Below are positions 56,483 to 64,000 of a stretch of DNA of 64,000 nucleotides, piece after piece. A program made the translations under genes and the position numbers. The stretch comes from Dehalococcoidia bacterium (lineage in GTDB: Bacteria; Chloroflexota; Dehalococcoidia; SM23-28-2; WHTN01). The stretch is from positions 14,396 to 78,395 of the forward strand of contig WHTN01000003.1 of the NCBI GenBank assembly GCA_009377715.1. Reading direction: 5' to 3'. The notes beneath the pieces were generated by a model. It saw nothing but the letters and a program-made list of their open reading frames with translations. It did no database searches and was not told the DNA's origin. Position 1 is the stretch's first letter, and every line of letters begins with the position of its first letter.

Positions 56483-57301
56483 TCAGCGCCAGCCGAACAG
56501 ATTCCAACCGGTATATATATTGAAGTGGTTGTTCCCGAAAGCGAGGTGACAATCGCTGCTGGCGTTAATAAAATAGCCACCGCCCCGTACGAACTCGCCC
56601 AACGTCTGTAGGAAATCGGGAGCCCCCGGCTCGTATGTGGCCCAAACCTTGGTCTGGTTGTTCATCCCGTTCGCTATATTCACCGAACTCAGGCAGAACT
56701 CCAAATGCTCCTCGATGTCGCCTCCTGAGGTAGGCTCCGCTAGCGGCCAGCCGAAGATGTTCCAGCCTGGATAGAGGCTGAGCGAACTGGCTCCAGCCGA
56801 CATCTGGCACGTCGTTTCCAGGTTAATTAGATAGCCGCCGCCCGCGACCAACTCGGTCAACGTCTGCAAGAAGTCCGGCGCGCCCGGCTCGAAGGCAAGC
56901 CACTGTTCGGTCTGGTTGTTATGCCCGTATACGATGTTGGTCGCTTCGAAACAGCCCTCTAGCTGGCCTTCGATCTCAAGGCTTGGTGATGGGGTGGGCG
57001 TGGGCGTTGCCGTAGCGGCTGGAGTGGGAGTCGGTGTTGGCGGTCCTATCGGCACGTTATTGCAAAGGCAGGGAAGACTCTCGCAGGCGACGCCGTGATC
57101 GGTATCGAGTTCGTCAGGGTCCGTCGGATGTGCTCTAAGGTGGGCTTGAGCCGCCGCCTGCGTCGAGAAATCGGTGCAGTTGACATCGCCGCGGTGATCC
57201 GCCTCGGACGGCTGTGTCCCAAGCTGCGTGATGAGCACAATCGAAAGCGTCGCTAGGGCTAAAACTAAGGCGATCCGCAGAACATTCTACTTCGTAGAAC
57301 T
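56483..57301 (-). CDS. Secreted Excalibur (calcium-binding) domain protein with two copies of the shared C-terminal domain. The annotated frame has no ATG upstream.
   Basis: NCTDFSTQAAAQAHL...DTDHGVACE Excalibur motif. Pro/Thr linker. Two repeats of GCFEATNIVYGHNNQTEQWLAFEPGAPDFLQTL...GGGY..N....C.....LYPGWN.FGW. The in-frame upstream signal-like segment (RIALVLALATLSIVLITQ) lacks an ATG (CTG or a frameshifted ATG at ~57285). Confidence 0.6.
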
Positions 57302-57323
57302 CAGATGCGTCCTCATTAATGCT

Positions 57324-59117
57324 CTATTCCCGTACCACCCGGATGTGCAACTCTTTTAGCTGCTCCTCTGAGACCAGCGATGGCGCTCCGAACAGCGGGT
57401 CCGACGCGCTTTGCGTCTTCGGAAAAGCCATAACGTCGCGGATGTTGCTTGCCCCAGCTAGCAACATCGACAAGCGGTCAATGCCGATAGCGACGCCGCC
57501 ATGGGGCGGCGCGCCGTATTCGAACGCTTCGAGTAGGTGGCCGAACTGCTCTTGCGCCTCGTCCATCGATATGCCGAGCGCGCCGAATACCTTCTCTTGC
57601 TTGTCGCGTTTGTGAATGCGGATGCTGCCGCCGCCAACCTCGTAGCCGTTGCAAACCAGGTCGTATTTACGGGCCCGCACCCTACTCGGGTCCGTGGCGA
57701 AAAGCGGCGCATCTTCGTCCGGAAAGTCGGTAAAGACGTGCTGCGTAGGGTCCCAACGCTGCGTCTTTTCGTCCCATTCGAAGTAGGGCCAGTCGACGAC
57801 GTGGCAGAAGGCTAGCGTTTTTTCGTCGATCAATCCCAGGCGCTGGCTCAGTTCCCTCCGCAAGCCGTCGAGGGCGTTGTTCGCGACGCGAGGCTTATCG
57901 GCGACGATGAGAAGCAGGTCGCCACGCTTTGCCCCGGCAAGGCGGGCGACGGCTTTAACCTGCTCGACCTTTAGATACCGGCTTATCGGCGAACGAACAT
58001 CGTCTTCGGCGAGCAAATCGACTTCGCCGCTGCCGAGCAGTGCTATCGATACGAGCCCTTTCGCTCCGTACGTCTGCACTAGGGTGGTCAGCGTATCGAT
58101 ATCGCGGCGGCTGAACCCCTCCGCCCCATCCGGCACACAGAGGCCGCGGATTTGGCCGCCGTCTGCCAGGACGCTGCGAAAGATGGCGAACTCCGACTCC
58201 GCAAACGCCGACGAAAAGTCGCGCAGTTCGAGGCCGAAACGGATATCAGGCTTGTCGCTGCCGTAGCGGCTGAGCGCATCATCGTAGGTGATGCGCGGGA
58301 ATGAGGACGCAATTCGCATGTCCGGCCGTAGCATACGCGCCATTCCGAAATGCATCCGTTCCATCAGCTGAATGATATCCTCTTCGTCCACGAAGCTCAT
58401 CTCGAGATCGAGTTGCGTAAACTCCGGCTGGCGGTCGGCCCTAAGGTCTTCATCACGGAAGCAGCGGGCGATCTGAAAATACTTCTCGAAGCCGGCCACC
58501 ATAAGTAGCTGTTTAAGCTGCTGTGGGGACTGCGGCAGAGCATAGAACGCCCCAGGCGAGACCCGGCTTGGCACGAGGTAGTCGCGCGCTCCTTCTGGTG
58601 TGCTCTTTAGCAGGATCGGCGTCTCGATCTCTAAGAAGCCGCGCTCAGCTAAGAAATCGCGAATGTACTTCACGAGTTTGTGTCGCAAAATGATGTTCTG
58701 ATGTATGGCCGGGCGACGTAGGTCGAGATAGCGATAGCGTAGGCGTAGAAGCTCGTCCACATCCTGCTCTTCGTTGATATAGAACGGCGGCGTCTTGGCC
58801 GCGTTCAGTATCTCGGCTGACTTGGCATGCACCTCGATTTCGCCTGTCGCTAGATCAGGGTTCTCCGTGCCGGGCCGGCGACGATGGACGACTCCTCTAG
58901 CCTGGAGAACGTACTCGCTACGTGCCTGTTCGGCGACATCATGGGCTTCGGACATCTCGGCCGGGTTGAACACAACCTGGACGAGGCCGCTATTATCCCG
59001 CAGGTCGATGAAGATCAGGCCGCCGTGATCGCGCCTGCGATGTACCCAGCCGGCTAGCGTTACCTCTTGGCCTACGTTCTCTTCCCTCAATTCGCCACAG
59101 GCATGCGTCTTCAACAC
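57324..59117 (-). CDS. aspS: Aspartate--tRNA ligase
   Basis: N-terminal OB fold (VTLAGWVHRRRDHGGLIFIDLRD), class II motifs (FRDEDLRADRQPEFTQLD, GGGSIRIH) and the GAD insertion. Confidence 0.9.
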   Translation of the reverse strand: MLKTHACGELREENVGQEVTLAGWVHRRRDHGGLIFIDLRDNSGLVQVVFNPAEMSEAHDVAEQARSEYVLQARGVVHRRRPGTENPDLATGEIEVHAKSAEILNAAKTPPFYINEEQDVDELLRLRYRYLDLRRPAIHQNIILRHKLVKYIRDFLAERGFLEIETPILLKSTPEGARDYLVPSRVSPGAFYALPQSPQQLKQLLMVAGFEKYFQIARCFRDEDLRADRQPEFTQLDLEMSFVDEEDIIQLMERMHFGMARMLRPDMRIASSFPRITYDDALSRYGSDKPDIRFGLELRDFSSAFAESEFAIFRSVLADGGQIRGLCVPDGAEGFSRRDIDTLTTLVQTYGAKGLVSIALLGSGEVDLLAEDDVRSPISRYLKVEQVKAVARLAGAKRGDLLLIVADKPRVANNALDGLRRELSQRLGLIDEKTLAFCHVVDWPYFEWDEKTQRWDPTQHVFTDFPDEDAPLFATDPSRVRARKYDLVCNGYEVGGGSIRIHKRDKQEKVFGALGISMDEAQEQFGHLLEAFEYGAPPHGGVAIGIDRLSMLLAGASNIRDVMAFPKTQSASDPLFGAPSLVSEEQLKELHIRVVRE

Positions 59118-59187
59118 TCTTGAACGTCCTCCTCACTGGAGTTTCGCATGCGGGTAAGAACGCGTCAACGACGTGGGGAATTAGGGA

Positions 59188-59282
59188 GCCGCTCTGCGGG
59201 TTGAAACCCGCAGCTACTGGAAGCTGTCGGTTTTAACCCGCAGGCGTTACTTTTCCGCTCACCCCGAGCCTGTCGAGGGGCA
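59188..59282. repeat. Family-C hairpins (CTGCGGGTTGAAACCCGCAGCTACTGG; AAGCTGTCGGTTTTAACCCGCAGG) plus a family-A copy (CCGCTCACCCCGAGCCTGTCGAGGGG)
   Basis: Matches 9886-9945, 44074 and 9722. Confidence 0.6.
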
Positions 59283-59619
59283 TGGCCATGCAAATCCTCA
59301 GTATGAATGCTTGGGAATTGAACGGTTTCATGCCTCAGGCTTTAGCTGGAGTTACAAGAGCCGCGCAGGTGACCCTGTCGAAGTTGTGGCCACATGCCAC
59401 GTAGGGACAGACAGGTCTGTCCGCTTATAACGTCCCACAGCGAGCCATACGCCTAGTAAACAGACCTCCCATACCCGCCCGACGATGTAGGAGCGCACGG
59501 GGCCGTCGCCCCTACATTCCTTAATTGCAAAAACCTTCGATATTACACAAGTTTTCGTTTGCCCACTTACCTTGAGCCCTTTGACGAGCTTGGGAAGTAC
59601 TTGCCGAGGGACGTTCGAC

Positions 59620-60384
59620 TTAAACCTCGCGCCAGTACTCCTGAAGAAGCGCGAACGGCCGAAATCCCATGCGCTTGTACATCTCCTTCGGCGTATCGTT
59701 AGGGTCTGCCTGCAGGAAGGCAATATCGCCGCCTTGCGCCCGCAGTTCACGCGTCACGCGATGTATCAATGCAGTTGCAATGCCCCTGTTGCGGAAGTCC
59801 GGATGGACGAAGAGGTCTTCAAGGAAGCATAAACCGGAGTGGGTCCAGCCCGACAAAAATCCAGCTGGCTGTCCATCCCATTTTGCAATCCACCACATAA
59901 TAGCCGGCTTCGCTATGACGTGGTCGCTGGCGCTCTGAGCCAACACCTCCCCAAAGTGCGGAGCCTTAAACATGATTATTAGCTCTCTTAGGGCAGAACG
60001 GTCTTCCATAGTGGTCACGAGCGAGATCGGCACGTTTGCCGGTCGCCCGCCTGGCTCTCCTTCTAATACCATGAGCAAGGCCGTGCTCAGCTTGTATCCG
60101 CTGAAACTTAGGGCGGCTTCGACCTGCGGTGGTGTAAACGGATCGAGGTCGAAGCGGCGATGTGGAATGCCGGCGTAAACTTCCTCCGCGTTTGCCAGCA
60201 GCCGTTCGATCTCGTCCTGGCTGGAGGCACAGATATGGCTCACGTGATTCGCGTCACGGATAAACGATACGGCAGGGTTGCTGATGAATAAAGCTCCGTC
60301 CTTCTCTGCCGTTCGATTGCCAAGGGCAGAATACGCGTCTATGACCTTCAGCATCTGTCCTAGAAGCTCATTATCTGTCATCAC
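59620..60384 (-). CDS. GNAT family N-acetyltransferase
   Basis: C-terminal acetyl-CoA motif A (VHPDFRNRGIATALI). Start at MTDNELL. 4-nt ATGA overlap with the upstream deacetylase gene. Confidence 0.7.
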   Translation of the reverse strand: MMTDNELLGQMLKVIDAYSALGNRTAEKDGALFISNPAVSFIRDANHVSHICASSQDEIERLLANAEEVYAGIPHRRFDLDPFTPPQVEAALSFSGYKLSTALLMVLEGEPGGRPANVPISLVTTMEDRSALRELIIMFKAPHFGEVLAQSASDHVIAKPAIMWWIAKWDGQPAGFLSGWTHSGLCFLEDLFVHPDFRNRGIATALIHRVTRELRAQGGDIAFLQADPNDTPKEMYKRMGFRPFALLQEYWREV

Positions 60385-61433
60385 GCGAGTCCATTCGCCT
60401 GCTTGATCGCCGCAAGCAGGCCTTCGATATCTGGTGCTGGTCTTGCAGGGGCGCGCCCGAGCGGGTCTGCCGCGAAGTCGTTGCCCAACAGCACGTCCAC
60501 GCAAGCCTGTGCCGACCACGCAATCGCCGTGAGGTCGTAGCCGCCCTCAAGCGCAAAAACTACTCGTCCGCCACAAAGCTCGTCGGCCAGCGACTTGATC
60601 GTCTCCGCGAGGTCATAGTAGCCGGCGGCGCTCAGGCGCATCTGGGCCAGCGGGTCGGCGAAGTGAGCGTCGAAGCCCGCGGATACGAGGATAAGGTCAG
60701 GCCTGTAACGCCGGATGACCGGTACTAATATCTCTTCGAAGACGCGTTTATACTCGGCATCACCGCAGCTGGCGGGTAGCGGCACATTGACGTTCGTGCC
60801 GGCCCCTTCGCCGGTGCCGCTCTCCTCCCAGTGGCCTGTACCCGGATAGAACGGGTATTGATGGGTCGAAAAGTAGAGGACTGAAGGATCGTCATAGAAC
60901 GCGTCCTGCGTACCGTTGCCGTGGTGGACGTCGAAGTCGATGATCGCGACGCGGTTGAGGCTGCGCCTGGCGAGAGCGTGCTGTGCCGCGATAGCGACGT
61001 TGTTGAAAATGCAGAAGCCCATCGCCCGGTTGGGCGTGGCGTGGTGGCCGGGCGGCCGCACCAGACAAAACGCGGAGGAGACCTGGCCGTCAAGCACCGC
61101 ATCCACCGCCCGCAAGCAGCCGCCTGCTGCTCGCAAGGCGACTTCGTACGAACGCGGCGACACTACGGTATCGGGGTCGATGTATCCTCCTCCCGTCGCT
61201 GCGAACCGCTGTATCGCTTCGGCTAGCTCCGGGATGTGGATGAGGTTGAGATCGTCGAGGGTTGCATCATCGATGGCAATCGGCGTCAACTCCTCCCATA
61301 GCCCCTGCTCTTTTAAATGCGAGACGATAGCGCCGAGCCTTTCCGGCCGCTCGGGGTGCTGAGCGCCAGTGTCGTGTTCGAGATATAAGGGATCGTAAAC
61401 TAGGCCAACGCTCATAACATTAAAGAGTGACAA
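60381..61433 (-). CDS. Histone deacetylase family protein (AcuC/HDAC-like, arginase fold)
   Basis: YDPLYLEHDTGAQHPERPERL and later DFDVHHGNGTQ with the FDAH zinc-binding motifs. Confidence 0.85.
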   Translation of the reverse strand: MSLFNVMSVGLVYDPLYLEHDTGAQHPERPERLGAIVSHLKEQGLWEELTPIAIDDATLDDLNLIHIPELAEAIQRFAATGGGYIDPDTVVSPRSYEVALRAAGGCLRAVDAVLDGQVSSAFCLVRPPGHHATPNRAMGFCIFNNVAIAAQHALARRSLNRVAIIDFDVHHGNGTQDAFYDDPSVLYFSTHQYPFYPGTGHWEESGTGEGAGTNVNVPLPASCGDAEYKRVFEEILVPVIRRYRPDLILVSAGFDAHFADPLAQMRLSAAGYYDLAETIKSLADELCGGRVVFALEGGYDLTAIAWSAQACVDVLLGNDFAADPLGRAPARPAPDIEGLLAAIKQANGLA

Positions 61434-61505
61434 AGCCCGCTGGACGCCGTTTCTCGTATGTTACAATAAGGCCGCCCAAGACATTAAGTGTTCTAATTTT
61501 GCAGT

Positions 61506-63383
61506 ATGTACGTAATTGGCACCGCCGGCCACGTCGATCACGGTAAATCGGCCCTAGTCCAGGCCGTGACTGGCATCGACCCCGACCGCCTGCGCGAAGA
61601 GAAGGAGCGGGGAATGACGATCGACCTCGGCTTCGCTTGGCTGAACCTGCCCTCAGGCGAGGAGGTCGGCATCGTCGATGTGCCGGGGCACGAGCGCTTC
61701 ATCAAGAATATGCTCGCCGGAGTCGGCAGCATCGATCTTGCTTTGCTCGTTATCGCTGCCGACGAAGGCGTCATGCCTCAGACGCGCGAGCATCTTGCCA
61801 TCCTCGACTTTCTCGATATCCATCACGGCATAGTCGCCATCACCAAAAGCGATCTCGTCGACGAAGACTTGCTCGCGCTCCTGGAGACCGAGGCGCGCGA
61901 CCTGCTCAGCGGTACGACTTTAGCCGCGGCGCCTATCGTGGCTTGCTCCGCTACGACGGGAGCAGGTCTTGGCGAATTTCTCGCATCGCTGGATGACGCG
62001 CTGGCAAACATGCCGCCAAAGCGTGACCTAAGCAGGCCGCGACTGTCCATCGACCGCGTATTCTCGGTCGCTGGGTTCGGCACCGTAGTTACGGGAACAC
62101 TTGTCGATGGCACGCTCAGCGTTGGGCAGGGGGTCGAAGTCCTGCCGGGTCGCGAGCGCTACCGCATTCGCGGCTTACAAAATCACCAGCGCAGAGTGGA
62201 GGTCGCCCATCCGGGCAGCCGCACCGCCGTCAACCTGGTGGGCGCGGAGAAAGAAGACCTGGATCGCGGGATGGTGCTCACGTCGCCCGGCTGGCTGCAG
62301 CCGACCTCGGCCGTCGACGTAATACTCCGAACGGCGCGCGATACACATCCGCTTCGCCATGGCCTCGAAGTGACGTTCCACAGCGGCGCGAGCGAAGTGC
62401 CTGCCCGCCTGTTGCTTCTCGATAGCGAGGAGCTTAAGCCGGGCGAGGGCGGCTGGGCGCAGGTGCGTTTGGACGCTCCTGTAGCCGTTGTGCGCAGCGA
62501 TTTTTTCGTTATACGTTCGCCGAACGAGACGATCGGCGGCGGCCGTATTGTAGACGTGGATGCGCCGCGTCACCGTCGCTTCCATGCGTCGACACTCGAG
62601 GCTTTGGCAAAACTGGAGCGCGGCTCGCCTGACGACCTGCTTTTAACGGGCTTAGAAAAGATGGGGCCGTGCGCGCTGGCCCAGGTCGCCGAGACTCTGG
62701 CGTTGCCAGCCGATCGGGTGCTGGCAGCCGCGGCGCAGCTTATCCAAAGTGGTCGCGCGGTCTTACTGAGTCAGGGCGAGTTTGGGATAAATTCGCTCGT
62801 CTCTTCGACGGCGGGCTTTGTGCATCTGACCGAACGAGCGACGGAGACGTTAGGGGCGTACCACGGTCAGCATCGCCTACGCGCCGGTATGCCTAAAGAG
62901 GAGCTTCGCAGTCGTCTCGGCTTATCGCCTGCTGTCTTCACCGAACTCATAGAATTTTGGGTACGGCAGGGGCAGATCGAAGAGAGGGGAAACGCAGTTA
63001 GCCTGCCCGGCCACACTCCTCGGCCGACGGCCGCGCAGCAAAAGTCTATCGAAAATTATCTCGCAGGATTGAAAGCTGCGCCTTACTCTCCGTCCATAGA
63101 TAGCCTTCCGGTCCCTGAACTACTCGCGCATCTTGAGTCTGAGCGCCAAATTGTGCGCGCTGGCGACATCGTCTTTGCCGCTGCCGCCTATGATGAAATG
63201 GTTACGCGTATCATCGATCATGTCCGTGATCACGGCAAGATCACATTGGCGGAAGTCCGCGACATGTTCGGCACCAGCCGTAAGTACGCGCAGGCCGTCC
63301 TCGAACACCTGGACGAGCGCCACATCACTCGCCGGATCGGCGACGAACGGGTATTGCGTAACGCGGAGGCCCTGTTGCGGTGA
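61506..63383 (+). CDS. selB: Selenocysteine-specific translation elongation factor SelB
   Basis: G-domain [17 protein letters not shown] and TKSDLVD. Domains II-III. Long C-terminal winged-helix extension (625 aa), as in bacterial SelB. Confidence 0.85.
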   Translation: MYVIGTAGHVDHGKSALVQAVTGIDPDRLREEKERGMTIDLGFAWLNLPSGEEVGIVDVPGHERFIKNMLAGVGSIDLALLVIAADEGVMPQTREHLAILDFLDIHHGIVAITKSDLVDEDLLALLETEARDLLSGTTLAAAPIVACSATTGAGLGEFLASLDDALANMPPKRDLSRPRLSIDRVFSVAGFGTVVTGTLVDGTLSVGQGVEVLPGRERYRIRGLQNHQRRVEVAHPGSRTAVNLVGAEKEDLDRGMVLTSPGWLQPTSAVDVILRTARDTHPLRHGLEVTFHSGASEVPARLLLLDSEELKPGEGGWAQVRLDAPVAVVRSDFFVIRSPNETIGGGRIVDVDAPRHRRFHASTLEALAKLERGSPDDLLLTGLEKMGPCALAQVAETLALPADRVLAAAAQLIQSGRAVLLSQGEFGINSLVSSTAGFVHLTERATETLGAYHGQHRLRAGMPKEELRSRLGLSPAVFTELIEFWVRQGQIEERGNAVSLPGHTPRPTAAQQKSIENYLAGLKAAPYSPSIDSLPVPELLAHLESERQIVRAGDIVFAAAAYDEMVTRIIDHVRDHGKITLAEVRDMFGTSRKYAQAVLEHLDERHITRRIGDERVLRNAEALLR

Positions 63384-64000
63384 GTCTCGACTTCACTCGC
63401 GTCGCTGGCCAGCTACAGGCGATGTCACAGCGTATGGCGTCCGACGAACAAGACCGTTGGGACCGTCTGGCAAGAGCACGCCAAGAACTTAGCGCTGCCG
63501 CCGTCTTAGCCGATACGCTTACTGCTCGCATCGATTCAGCGAGGACGAGCTGGCTTCTTGCGAAGCCTTTCGCCGAACCGCTCGACGCCACGTACGCGCC
63601 TTCGCAGGCCCCACGTGACTACATCGTCGTCGCCACCGACGGTTCGCACATCGATGTCGATAGGCATATTCCGGTGCGTTGCTATTTGCTTAACGTCGGC
63701 TGGGCTATCATCGGTTATGGCGCGTATTCGAACCTCACCGAGCTCAAGAGCGAACCCTCGCTCGGCATCACCGACGAAGAGCTGACCCTCAGCGATGATG
63801 AAGACGCCAGCCGCGAAGAAAGGGTCGCCGGGAGCTTCCTCTCGGCGCTGCGTGCCGTCGAAGAGATAGAGAAACTGGCGGATCTGGTCAAAAAACTTCC
63901 TCCGGATGCTCCCACTATCGCTTTGTTGGACGGCACTCTCGTACTCTGGGGGCTTAGCTTCGTCTCTGTTTCCAGCCGGGCTCGTCGCCGCATCTTAGAC
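63380..64000 (+). CDS. NurA-domain nuclease-like protein (partial; the 3' end is beyond the window)
   Basis: GTG start overlapping the selB stop. DYIVVATDGSHIDVDRHIPVRCYLLNVGW and ALLDGTLVLWG motifs typical of NurA 5'-3' nuclease domains. Confidence 0.5.
   Translation, partial: MSLDFTRVAGQLQAMSQRMASDEQDRWDRLARARQELSAAAVLADTLTARIDSARTSWLLAKPFAEPLDATYAPSQAPRDYIVVATDGSHIDVDRHIPVRCYLLNVGWAIIGYGAYSNLTELKSEPSLGITDEELTLSDDEDASREERVAGSFLSALRAVEEIEKLADLVKKLPPDAPTIALLDGTLVLWGLSFVSVSSRARRRILD

Noticed and set aside
61506-64000. Selenoprotein gene with an in-frame TGA plus SECIS near selB
   Set aside because: I scanned the ORF breaks in the window and none showed a conserved protein continuing across a TGA. 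None found, so not reported.

Overview
This is a 64 kb high-GC (about 60%) bacterial chromosomal segment with dense coding on both strands. The F420 biosynthesis/reductase genes, Tat export, SelB and glgP suggest a Chloroflexota- or Actinobacteria-like lineage, but the sequence alone does not settle this.

Recognisable housekeeping genes:
- Repair and DNA/RNA enzymes: nfo, an endonuclease III family gene, an AlkA-like glycosylase, radC and rnhA.
- Translation: thrS preceded by a T-box-like leader, aspS, rpmF and selB.
- Lipid and export: a fabD-fabG-nusB-acpP block and tatA/tatC.
- Cofactor: cofE plus an F420-dependent NADP reductase gene.
- RNA genes: tRNA-Gly(UCC), tRNA-Val(GAC), tRNA-Thr(CGU) and RNase P RNA (rnpB).

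Features worth a second look:
1. A tightly coupled operon (32.7-35.7 kb): COG1579 zinc ribbon, then a full-length large serine recombinase homolog whose catalytic Arg/Ser motif is replaced (YFYVP instead of YxRVS), then RNase HI, then rnpB.
2. A 0.95 kb low-GC island (37.6-38.6 kb) with two overlapping ORFs of unknown function, the second ending in a Cys4 zinc-ribbon-like cluster.
3. A five-gene overlapping operon (15.4-20.0 kb): methyltransferase, FAD/geranylgeranyl-reductase-like, SRPBCC cyclase, KAS and UbiA prenyltransferase. This looks like a prenylated lipid or quinone-like pathway.
4. A paralog cluster of secreted beta-helix and Excalibur proteins (53.5-57.3 kb) sharing an unrecognised ~75-aa C-terminal domain; one copy is decaying.
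5. A very abundant mosaic family of short intergenic hairpin/MITE-like repeats, with at least 12 copies.
6. Many ORF disruptions: one in-frame TAG and several single-nucleotide frameshifts, at least two in homopolymer runs. This fits either pseudogenisation or uncorrected indel errors in the assembly.
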